A stretch of DNA of 40,073 nucleotides from Catajapyx aquilonaris (Eukaryota), in contig JYFJ02000935.1 in NCBI GenBank assembly GCA_000934665.2, positions 62,001-102,073 on the forward strand. Direction: 5' to 3'. Positions within the stretch are counted from its first letter, which is position 1. Every line of letters starts with the position of its first letter. The notes beneath the pieces are model-generated. The model saw only the letters and a program-made list of their open reading frames with translations. It did not search any database and was not told the origin of the DNA. The position numbers and the translations under genes are program-made. Of the stretch, positions 1 through 12,280 are shown in pieces.

Positions 1-3000
1 ACTTCTCTGTCAACGTTAATTACCGCAGTTTTTAATTAATCAGCGTCGAGTTGAGAGCCACGGCCAACTAAAAAGAGGCCACAGGAAAATTTCCGCTCTC
101 CAAATCAAAATCTATTCACTTTGACTCGTGTAATTGCCACAAAGGACTTGCAGTGTTATATTTACAATTACCGAGTTTCAAACCCCCACTTTTAGGGGCC
201 TAGAAGAAGCTTTCGTGCCCTCAAGGCAAAGTGGTGGTAGACGTGGGGGCAAAAATACCTCTCTTGCATCCGGGGACGACTTTGAATCGGGGCACCGGAT
301 TTATTGTGCACTATACGGCAGGGAAGTGAAACGGCCACTTTATAAAGTAAACTAGTCATCCGGAAGCAGCAACAAATACCACTTGAATCGGTGCGAGCCT
401 CTTCATTTCACTGGAATAGCACAGCCTCAATTCCGTCGCGTTTCAACAGCCCCGCTCTTCTATAACGGAAATTATTTTTGGAACCTTCTCTCGCCACGTT
501 TTGGCCATTGCCACTTTCCTCGTTATTAAAATTCGCAATACCATCTCCGTCTTTTTCCGCTTTAAAAAAACTTCAGCTTCTTCCTTTCGCCTTCACCATA
601 TTTTCCTGCTCGAATACTTCCTTTCATCCTTCTCGGCATTGAAAGCTCCAAGATGTTCATATTTGCCGAACATGCCGTACGTATAAATGGACGGTATAGT
701 GGGAATAAGCAGGAAAACAAGGGACGAGACGCGTGGCTAACCCAACGCTACCAAATCCCCTTAATTGTTCCGGGAGAATTCCGTGGTATGGCGGGGGGGA
801 AGAAGGAATGAATGAAGGAAAACCTTAGGGCTCCAGCTTTTCCCTTGAATTCCCCGCGCCTCTAATAAAGTTGCTGCCCGAAAAGGACGCATTGGTTTGG
901 AAGTGTAACGGATCGTGCGGCTCCGTTTGTGGCTTCTGTCTTCGTGGGGATCTGCATAGATTAGAGCTCGACTAATTGCTGGCCATGTTTCGAGTACGAA
1001 ATGGGCTCCATAACTCAGGCCAGTAGGCCTCGCACGACACTCTGCCGAGAACCTTAAATTATCTCGAAACAAGTCCGCCACCCCCACCCCCTCCAAGCCA
1101 TACAGAAACCCGGAATTTGCTTGTTGAATAAGGAAACAGGTACAACACAGACCAAAACTCATCAAGATTTACCTTCTTGCGATTCCTCCACACCCCTCGG
1201 ACGTCCTGATTAACGGCACTTCCACCACAATCCCGCCGAAGGTCAATTCCAAGTCAGTCTGACACGTTTCTAGGGACTCAGATTGCACCACAATCTTGTC
1301 ACTCATGCATTATGAAAACGCCGTGCTCCGTTTCAATTTCTCATCAGCCCCAGACTTATATATCGCGCCTACAGCCATGTTGATTATGAACCGACATTGT
1401 CTGCAAATATTTGCCCGCATTTACGACTGCGCCTCTAATGTACACAGCCGACTCATCGAAACTGTCAGAGTCTGCCATTCTCCGAGTCCATCTTTGGGAA
1501 GTGTAGTAGAGGAGTAATCAATAGATCTGTGTAAGAAATTGAGGAGCCAATTTCATTTCCTTCCTTCACCCCACTGAGTCGTGCCGGCGGGGGAAGGCAG
1601 CTTCCTTCCTCGCACAACACTATTCCCCAGTTCCCCCCTCCCCCAGCTCTCCTGAGGGACCCTTTAATCCGAACTGATTCAATTCTCATTTCCACTGTGG
1701 ATTCCGAATGGAAATCGAGGTCTGCCACAACACCACCTATCCTACAGGCCAGTCAAAATAAAGAAAGAAATGTTGACTCTCCCAGCACGCACACTAGAGG
1801 GAGAAAGAATAAGCCAACCAGGCCGTCCCCTTCCCCTTGGCCCAACAATAATTAATTGCTAGCCCAATCAATCTTGGATGGATCCGAATGTCGGCTGCCT
1901 GCAGTGCAACAGCGAGTCCACTCAACAGCTGCATCAGGCAAAACCGTGATATACTGGCCCGCGTGTCCATGAATCCTGGGCCAGTAAATTTGATACTACC
2001 ACTCTGCCGGCTACATTCGGTTAAATCCCCCCCAAAGAGCCGCCATATTGCCATATACTACTACTACGTTCTGGTTCCAAATTCATATTTTGCGCTGGCA
2101 TGGCTTCTAAAGACTTTGTGCCCTTCTTTATGAAATCCGGGTCGTCTCTCTCGTTTTTCAGGCGGACTGCACTTGGTCAAGTTATAGGGAGACTATAACT
2201 GGGCCGTTTGGGGGGATCGAGTGTTAATCCACATTGAAATGGTCTGGCGAAACGACCGGTTTCGAGTTTGAATATTTGGTCATTCTAGAATATGGCAGTG
2301 GAGGAATACAATGTGGTGCGAAGGATGTCGTTACTCGAAACTTCATCCGATATTTGCTCTAATTCAGGCAGATTGCACAGCTCCTTATGGTCGCATATTG
2401 AGTCATATTTTTTGGTATTACACTGTTTGAAGCGCAGTGCCACATTACTAAACATATGACATAGTGATCATATTAAGATTGTAGAACCATGCTGCATCGC
2501 AGTTAAAAAGAGTTGGACTTGTGTCGGCAGGGATCGCAAGGACTGAAGCGGGAAATGTCGTTCCTCGGAAAAGCAATCTGAGGAAAGAAAGCTGAATAGG
2601 GTCTCTACAACACTCTGGTTCTCCAGCAAGGCTGCCAAATCCCCCTCCATTTTGCATTCAGTTTCTTCAGCGAGCGGAAGAGAGAGCCGAACTACAAGAA
2701 TATCCACTTTCCTTACGTGCAAGCAGCAGCGCTTTAAAATATTGCCCGCCGATGAAAAATTATGCATGTATTCTAGCCGGTACGGAAATCCGGACAGGCA
2801 TAAGCCCTCCAGTGTTCCGTTTTTTCCACCCCACCCCCAAGACTGCCGTTTCCTTCAACTGCACCATCAGTTGTACAGTACGAGTTTGTAGGTCTCATTT
2901 AGATCTTGAGGGGCTAGCTGTGGGGGAAGGTACACAGTTCCTCCCAAGTGGTTAAATTGGGGTAAGTACAAGGCACCCCCCATGGTAATGACGCACGTGT

Positions 3001-6000
3001 CGTAACAACCCCCCGACTTTAACGTCAAAGTATTCAGCGGATACGATCTCGGCTGCCGAGCCGAGTCAGATACAAAGCATAAGGACAAGCACCCACCCCA
3101 CCCTTGCGGTTTAATGCCTCACGAAAGTACGATCAAAAGAGGGGGAACTCTAATCCCTCCCCCCAACAACCCCCACCCCAAGCAACCCCCTTACTACTCT
3201 GTTTTTCTCCAAATGCAGCGACTCGCTGGCGAATAACAGTCGTCATTAAGGAAGGCCTGGAACGAGGCATGCAGACCGCCAACACGTTTAGCACACGTCG
3301 GATGTAATTTCGCCGCCTCACAGATATACCGTATTCCAGTCGTCTACCAAGGTGGTGTTTCACACTACACCCCTTTTTTCTCTCTCAACAAAAGCTATAA
3401 GTGTGGTTGGTGTTTTGGACATAGCTATTCGGTGGGGGTACTGTAATCAAAGTGGTGCTTACACTGGAGTCCTCTTCAAAACTCAACTGGGCTAACTTTG
3501 GCGGAAATCAAGTTTGTAAAAATGCGGGGCGTAGTAGCGTCATTAGCGGGACGTTTGGAGTTTAGAGTTAATAACTCGCAGCGGCCAGCAGGTAGAGGCA
3601 TTTTCACATTCGCAAGAATGTTACGTATGGACGGGTAAAATGTGGTGGTGTATCGCGCATGGTTTCATGAAGGTACAGCACGCGTAAGCCCTTTGCTTTG
3701 ATTACTTTGCAAAGCTCGAGTGCAGTTTTGCAAACAAGCTGATCCTGCCACTAGCACTGTAAATATTTTCGATATGAAGAGCCGCGATAGTGCCCGTTTA
3801 ATTAGAGCGTTCATGCCATCTACGAGGTGTTTAAATGTTTGACAACGTTAGTTACACTTGTCCGAGTCATCTATACGCCCCTACCGCTCCCCCCAAAAGC
3901 AGGAATCATGTCGCGGTCTGATGTGTGGGACTCAACTTCTGGCTCAGACTACTTGCGACGCAAATGATTTCACCCAACTTTAGTTTTCCGCCTCTGACGT
4001 CACCGACGGAACATTATTAGGCAGATCAATACCAGGATCCAGTTATTTACATCTTCCGAGTTTGAGTCAGCAGCAAACTATTAAGACCTTTTCACGCTTC
4101 ACCAGCCTCTTTTTTAGCGGCTTGGAGTGAAAAGCCTCATGCTGTTGGATTATACCAGTGCGCCATATAAATCGAATCATTCATCACCTGCTTCTCACCA
4201 AAAGCCAGGCTCCAAACCTTATAATGAAACCCCCTCGAGACGAGCCTCCAGCGTATGTGAAGCTTAGTGGCGGGTGGGTTGCAGCACTTGTCATGTGACA
4301 CAATTTCAGAAAGAAAATCCCATCACGAGCATGGAGACCATGGGGCTGGAGATTTCAGGTTGAGCCACGAAGCTTAGATCGGGCAGCAAGTCTACCGCAA
4401 GTGACTTGTCTGGACAGTTCGGATTACCACATGACACACTAAAACTGAAGTTGGCCTATCCGACATCATGCCCGCGATTCTCCCACTCTCTGGAATCTTC
4501 CGAGCGGAAAATAACATCGACCTTCACCACATATCCTAGGAATTTATCACAAGTTCTATGAAGTCGTAGGGGAGACTAGAAGGGGTGTGGGTGGGTGGAG
4601 GAGATAAAGTGCGGAGATTAACGAGAGTTCTGTTTTCCGACTGCCTCCTTCCCCCATTACTTACTGTCTTCCACATCCTTTTCACGCTTCTACGCTCTTC
4701 TCTTCACAACCGTCCCCTACTCCTCCTACTCACCCCTCTCATCCTCCCTCGTGCCATAACCTCAGATGGTTGGCTCAATGACTGCGCTTCCTAGAAAAGT
4801 CCTTTATACTCATGTAAAGAGCCAGGCTTAATATGGAATTAAGAAAGTGCGTTGGAAGGGAATGCGCGATAAAATTACGAAGCCCACCAAGTGGAAACAC
4901 AAAGAAGGGAAAATGTTTCTCTGAAGTATTACCACTAACTCAGGACAGGACTGGAATTGGAGGTTATTATGATCTCGGAACTCTTTACGTGGTACTTGGA
5001 ATTAGACTGCGCTGCTCCTATTTAAAGCCGCACAAAGTTTCAAAGGTCAATATCAAGATGCAGAATGATAGCAAACTGCCTAGCCATTGCAGAGGGGAAC
5101 TTGTATTAATTACCTCGTTTAGACAATACAAAAGGTACGCAATTGCAGTAGTATTTTGACGTCACAGTTTACCTGCCCTTCCCTCCTCAAGTTTCAACCA
5201 ATCTCTGAAGAGCGTACCCACGCTTGAAAGATCGGTTGGCGGACCCACGCTAGCTGTGATTGGCTCCAACTTAGGTGCAACTTTAGCGCAGAAGAAATGA
5301 TGCGCAAGAAGTGCAAAAAAAGTGGTTTACGAGCGGTCGCCTTGATAGACATGCGCGTAAGTCATTCATGCGAATAATTTCGCAATAGGAGGGAGAGAGC
5401 GGTTGGGAGGAAAGGTCGTTTCTCACAAACGTCCGTGAAAACTTCAAAGAGTCTACCCCCAACCCACCGCACCATCCTTTTTCAGAAGGAATGAAAGCTT
5501 GATGGATGGGTCCCAACCACTGGACGTCTACTATTCTAGTAGCAGAAATCAGGGCTGAGCTGAAGGCTGTGCTCTTTTATCTATATTTGTGGGTGGGTGG
5601 GAGAGGTAGTAAATTATAAGAGTTGGAGATTTTAGTGACCGCTTTTAGAGGGCGGTGGGTAGAAGGGCGGAGTGCTTCTAGTGGTGGCGAGCTGTAAATC
5701 TGGGGGCCACCCAACTGCGACAGCATCCAGTCCATCATGGATATATATGCACGACAAAGCAGGAAGAAAGCCCTGTGACAGCACAATACATGGCCCCAAT
5801 GCACAAGCCATTCGAGTGGCTAAACAGCAGCGGGGATCGCCTGACAAATTATGGCTACTTCTTCTTAAGGGACTTCGTCCGAATGCAAAATGGTGACAAC
5901 TCTCGTCCGGCCAATTTGATGCGACTCTTGGCAGGAATAGTCGATAATAATTAGCGCATTAGGGACCAAGCTCGTCTGCCAAATGCACGCTTTGTCCCCT

Positions 6001-9000
6001 CTTTTTTGCACTACCCGGATTAACACGGCGCATTTCGCCAAGTTCATTTGCAGGCGGCCACCAGACAACAGGTCCCACCCGCCCTCTTTTGACGTCCCCA
6101 ACACTGACGTTGCCAACGCAATTCTCACGCAGCCACTGCACGAATAATAATCTCTTATTGCAATCTTTCCCCCCTGTTACACAATATTTTGCATTTCAAT
6201 TTACTTTCACTTTTTGGACCCCTTGAGAGTGGAGGAACATTAAAACTGCTTAGACTCTCTGGCCGGAAAGAATAAGAAAGGCGGGCCTGGCTTAATATGA
6301 TAGCCCGTCTGCTTGGATGACGCCACCTAAAAATTGAGTTTGCGGATGAGGGAAAAAAAAGGAACTTCCACCTTCCAGATATCGAACTGTAAAAGTTCGC
6401 TTCCAGTCAGAGCGCGAAGGAGCCGCGGGGAGAAAGAAGAAGAGGAAAAGGAGGGAAAGAAGAGAATGTTAAAAAAGAAGCCTCTCCATAACCACGTGTC
6501 ATTTACAGAACCGCAAGGAAAAGGAGTGGTTATTACTGCAAGGGAAGCGATAAGTCCCCCCCTCTTGAAATCCTTCCGGGCCCCGAATTTCAACCATGAG
6601 CCGCATCCGCAGTAATCATTACCGCAGGATATTATCATCCTAAAGAGAAGCGGAGAGGGGTGGCGCATCGCATGTGCTGGTAGGGTTGGAGGATATAATA
6701 GTAGAAAATGACCAGGGGATTCCGAATGGGGAGGTGCGTTGTACTTTGCTAAGAGGACGCACTCAATCTCGAGAGACGAAGTACTTCCGAGAGCCAAAGC
6801 ATCTCCGCTGCGTTCGTTAGCGGTCCGCAACGGCATTCTTCCTGCCTTAGGAAACTGCATTCCCGAAGAGCAGCTCGGACGCCACGATCGAAACGCTAAA
6901 TGAGCGCAGAATCCCTTACATAAACGAATGATTCCTGGCTACCAGCAGGAAAATACAAGGGTCTTTGCTCTCCCTGTAGGGGGGTTGGAGAATGAGGGGG
7001 TGGGAAAAGCGATCTGCGGTAAGCCCTTGGAGGAGGAAGAGGAGGGTGGAAGGACATCAATCAAGGACAAGTTACAAGCCCGAGACGTGCTTTGCCACCA
7101 GGCCAAAGCTGGCGGAAGATACACAGAACACAGCAGCTCCCCTACCTAAGTGCTCCCCAAAATGGAATCATCAATGCCTAGGGTGTAGTACGGATCGCTT
7201 CCTTCCTGGAGACATGCAAGGGGGTTGATGTACGACCAGGAAAAATGTCCATATTCCGATATTTCTTCCCTGGTTTTATCCGACAGGTTTAACGAGTTCC
7301 ACAGGTTCATCAGGTAACAATTCCATATGATCATTCTCAGCTGTCCGGCAGTGTGGTCTACGGCCTCAACGTTTGTTCTATTAACTGGCGAGTAAATATC
7401 AATTTGCAAGGACGACATAGGGTACATACGGATCAACAGGAGAATGCTTTCAATTAAATCTCGCTTTCTTTACCTTAGGCTAATAATGTAACCGGCGGTG
7501 ATGAAAAATGTCATTATGCGATTTTGTGCAGACCGCGGCCCCAATGGCACTGATCAATTAAGTCAACACGCTGCGGAAACCAGCGTAGTGGTCCAAAATG
7601 AACTTTGGTCGGGAAGGTACTTTATTTAGCAGAAATATAGAGCTTCCGAGGAAAGTTTCCTCCGCTGCATCTGAGCTGGAGGCACAACAGCACTTGGAAC
7701 GGAAAATTCGTAAATTCTTGTCTGAGACATTCAAAGCAGTAGGTCAAGCCAGCAAGAGAGAGGAAGATTGTTGGGGTCTGGTCAATATATACACAGACCT
7801 GGCTCCTGGAACCAAATATTCTCCCTTCTAGGAAAATTACACTTTCGTATAACTTACAACTCCAACGATCAATTCTTCCTTCAGATATTTTTAGCCAACC
7901 TAGATGAAACTCTGCAATTGAATCTGGAGGAAAACACCAGCAGACCTGCCTTTTTTCCTGTATAATCCCGCCCCGGGGCTCACTATAAATCTCTACAAGC
8001 ACAACACAACCAATAATGTGGCGTTTTCCAGCGCTGAAGCAAGTAGTCCAGGCCGAATTTTATTTCCCCTTTCGCCATCAAGATCATCCCAAGAATCAAG
8101 CTACCACCTACAATAAATATCTTTACGAGAGCCCTTAAACATGAAAGCCAAGGCTCTCCTCCAGCTTGTGGGTCTTTGGACCCCCTGTACAACGCCCTTC
8201 CCTAAACCCACCATTCCCTCCCCTGCTTTGTGTATCAATGAGTTAGAGCAGGCTATTGGCCGACAAACGAAAACCTGGCTGCATTACGGCCCCCACAAAC
8301 TTTCGGGGGCGTCGCTGAGCCGAGAAAACTTGGTTAGCAAGTCTGCTGCGGAAAACCCCCACTATTCAGACAGTGCACGATGACAGTAACCATACCGACG
8401 AGAACAGTTTGTCCCAGTCACCGGAGTTTTGGAGCAAAAAGAAAATTTAAGTCTTTACACTTCCTGCTCTTCCGGGCCCGCCTTATACTCCTCCTGTAAC
8501 CCCCGGGAAAGACTGATTTACGGCGCCTGTCGTGTTCTCTGAAGCTAATAGCCTTAAAAAGAAAAGTGGGTTATGCACCCGAAAGCACTCGAATTTATAT
8601 AAGGCTGATATCAAAGTAGCAAATATAGATGATGTACGAGCCTCTCTCTGTTCTCTGTTCGCAATTACTTTAGATATAATGGAGTTTTTTAAAGTCTCGA
8701 TCAGTCGTGTACACATATCTAGGGGACGAGGTGCGACTTTTGAATAGTCCGGTTTTCCGTTATGGTCATGATAATGGGACCTGGTTGGCAAGCTGGGCAG
8801 TCAATATGTACTCGGAATCGCCGAAGCACGTCCGTAGCTGATAAGAAAAACGATCGGAATTACCACCATCTATAAATAATTCGATCACTTTGATTTCCTC
8901 TCTCGCTCTCTACCTTGTGCTGGCCTTAGAAATCGATAGGTCGCAAATACAAACGGGGCATAAAAAGGCCGCTCGGCCTGTTTGGACATGAATTTTTCAG

Positions 9001-9577
9001 CCGTGGAAACATAACTACAAAACGCTGCTGCCCCTTATTGTCCCGACGGCCGAAGCTAAAGTCGGTTGTGTCTCTTGCATGATAACGGCCCCCATCCGCC
9101 TCTTTGGTATCCAGCTTGCCAAAGCTCCCCCATTCCTCTACCCTACCTTTAGTCACTCCTCAGGGACCACTTGGGAACGATTCTTGGCCTCAGAGGCAAG
9201 CCCGGGTGTCAAAAGGAGACGAAGGCTTTGCTTTTCCTTCCCACGCGACCTGTTCAACAGACTTTACTCCAACACTCCCTCTGCCACTGACCTGCCCTAG
9301 GTCATTCCCAATCCAGATGAGTGATATATTTCGATTATGTTTGATTCCACAAAGCAGCAGGTGAGATACAACTCACTCTTCAGTTTCTCTTTAAAATAGC
9401 TGAATTGTCCTGGCATAAATCGCGAATATCACGTACTGTGCCATTGAAATTGATAAAAAAAGTAGCCGCTGCCCCGTTCTGCGGCTGTGAACAATAGGCG
9501 AAAAATGTTGGGAGGGTTCGAAATGGGTCAGTGACACGGCTGTAGAAGACTCAGGTTAGGTCACTCCCCACCCACCC

Positions 9578-9878
9578 CCTGCCGAAGGATTAAGCACCGG
9601 GTGCTTACTTGATAGCGCCATGAGACATTTTCCAGAGCATTTATGTGGCGACCCTACCGGACTAAGGCTGAACTTTATAGGTACGAAGGGGAGGGCTACA
9701 TTGGGGGGCCCAACATGGCCGCCTGCGGCCATGTTGGGCCAGCATGTAGCCCTCCCATAGCCCTCCCCTTCGTACCTATAAAGTTCAGCCTTAGTCCGGT
9801 AGGGTCGCCACATAAATGCTCTGGAAAATGTCTCATGGCGCTGTCAAGTGAGCACCCGGTGCGTAATCCCTCGGCAGG
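9578..9878. repeat. Long near-perfect inverted repeat (foldback / palindromic element)
   Basis: Arm 9578-9698 is the reverse complement of arm 9758-9878 (121 bp). The 4 mismatches fall at 9586, 9593, 9606 and 9613, and the inner 85 bp are identical. The spacer holds a second perfect 16-bp stem (9707-9722 / 9725-9740) with a 2-nt loop. The mirror-image ORFs 9556..9813(-) and 9643..9897(+) are a by-product of this symmetry. Confidence 0.95.
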
Positions 9879-12154
9879 TGATAAGCCCAGAAGATAGGGG
9901 TAGTGTCCGTGGGCTGGTCAGTGATAAGCCACATTTTATTCACAAATTATCCAATAGACCATTCCCTTTGCCGGATCTTTACAAAAATCAGGGTTAATAT
10001 TTTAGAGCTGACTTAAGCGGATAGAGTACAGTATACATGATATGAGAAGAGTCGCACGGCAGCGATATATGTTGATATGCGTATTTGGACAAGCATTTAA
10101 CATCAGCAAAGTGCACTAATTACTCTAACAGCAAAGTTATTACCATGTAGGGGCGCCATGGGAATTTGTGCAAAAACTTCTGCTGAGCTCTCAGATGTTA
10201 CATTCATTCCTAAAATATTCATCATCCTTGAAAGCATTAATTTAGAATTTTGGATGCATAGTACCAACATCAGTCTGCAGCATGCATTACAATATCGAGC
10301 GACGCCGCAGTACGCATTAAAATTAAAATAGGCTTTAAAATTACTACTTACATCAGAATTTAGTGAATCAAATATAATGATTAAAGTATCATAATTATAG
10401 TGTTTGAAGTGTAATTAGTCAATACTATGCTGTATGCTATATGAACAGTAGGCTATAATAAGGAAGTTCTTGTCATACATCGAAGAACTTTCGTATTATA
10501 ATGCACTTATCCGGTATAAATATTTTATGAACTGCATAATGCTACTTCCATTTCTTCCCTGTATGGTATTATTTTTGTAAAGATACAAACAATATTAACT
10601 TATATGGTTTGACTACCAATACAATTAAATTAAATTAATCTCATTGCGACACAAATGGATCAGAAAATGCGCATATTGTAGGACATCCATAGGCCTATAA
10701 CTTATTTCTCGTTGCAACACTTTAGTTACTATTAAACGCGATTGTAAAAAAAATTACTCCATATTCCCACGTTGCTTACAATCCTTGGCAGCTGTAGTAG
10801 CAACCAACAGGTATATAAGTTGACGTTAGTCGACCGCATGCGCAGAACCGACACGTCACTCAAGGTTTTTCTCTTATGCATAACCTACACACCCATGGTA
10901 ATCTAGAAAAGCATATACCGTACCCAAATCAATATTTTTGGCTAAGTAGCACAGAGCAGTTCCCCAGGGCCCAAGTGCAATTCGAAGCCTTCTATCACAG
11001 TTCTCTTCTTACACACAAAAGGGGAAGCAAAGGAAAGAAGAGACTGGCAGCTATTGAACCTCCAACCACCCGCAGGAAATAAGTAGAGTCTCAGCTGCAA
11101 AGCTCAATTTTTTTCTTCTCTTTCTCCTATTTTTTTATCCCTTCTCTTGGAGGCAAGCCTGCCATTTTCAAACTCTTTTCCTTTAGGAATCTGTCAAAAG
11201 ATAAAGAAAGGCTTACACATAACGAGTAGCCGGGAGACATTTTCATCAAGTTTCCTTTTTGCGGATCATGTGCATTCGTTCGCATCCGCTGCTAAAATCG
11301 GGTCATGCAATAATTGGCTGAGTTTGAATCCCACAAGTGGGAGTCTTGGAGGCTACCTGAACCTATGTGGTTTCTTTTATTATAGGGAGCAACTTCATGG
11401 TTTCCACAACTCGAGTAAGTTGGCCCAAGGCACCAGTACTAATGGTGCTAACACCGGAGCTTCATCTAAAGCATTAGGCTGGATATGAAGCGCTAAACAC
11501 TGCCTTACATTTAAGTTTACTTCATGAATTTAAATTCTATACCAGTGTTCAGTCCAAATGAAGTAGGTCATTTTCGTTACGGTGTACCCGGATTATTCTA
11601 GAGCACACTAGGTCTCCTGTTGCTAATATGTCATAAAAAGAGATAATTGGCGGTAGTGGCCATCGCTTTATGGCGGATTCATAAATATAATGACGTCGGT
11701 TGTCATTTCAAACCTAAATTTTTCTTGAAAGAATTGGGATCATTTGTAATATTTAAACCGTACGTTTTGAGTCGCACAGAGTCACACGCACGGCAGATTC
11801 ATGACTCACAAATATATCACGCTGTACAGTGGTAAAGTTTTTTCCCCAGTCGTAATGACTTCTTCTGTAACTGTGAGCTACAGTAACATGTTATTATGAC
11901 AAGTTCATTATAATAGACCCTATTCCATCGGCTGCACCATGTTTAGGCTTATTTTCTTTGCTTCAGAACCACCTATATTCTTTGTCCAAATATTACTAAG
12001 CTTAAAGTAGGGCCTACAGTATCTCAATGCAGAAGTGTTTCATGATATTATCGCACAGGTAGACCAATCGCAATGAAACTTTACAGACGCTATTACCAAT
12101 TTAAATAAGGTTCTTTTCGACAAATTCTCAGATTTTAAAAATTTGTTGATTTAA

Positions 12155-12280
12155 CAAGAGGCTTTAAAATTAGCGGCTGCCTGTGTAAATGTACCTCACT
12201 CACAATATACTGAAGTCTGATATTTCAGGAGGGTGCAATAATCCCACCTACACACCCATCAAGCTTGTGTGAAAATGGAC
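12155..12280 (+). pseudogene. Possible decayed C-terminus of a Tc1/mariner-superfamily (Tc3/maT-like) transposase
   Basis: One frame reads QEALKLAAACVNV...YFRRVQ*SHLHTHQACVKMD with two stops. This resembles the remembered C-terminal pattern '..L.ARIVAAC......FERVRQS..RRCQACI...G'. Recognised by eye only. Confidence 0.3.

Noticed and set aside
1310..1355. Minus-strand CTGATGA-GAAATT-GAAAC resembling a minimal hammerhead ribozyme
   Set aside because: Stem II lacks the G-C closing pair and no convincing helix I can form.
6327..6860. Longest ORF (177 aa, minus)
   Set aside because: Its low-complexity F/S stretch derives from a purine-rich tract on the other strand. It has no recognisable domain, and this length can arise by chance.
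9556..9897. Two near-identical ORFs on opposite strands (MWRPYRTKAELYRYEGEGY...)
   Set aside because: They are an automatic consequence of the palindrome, with no protein-like features.
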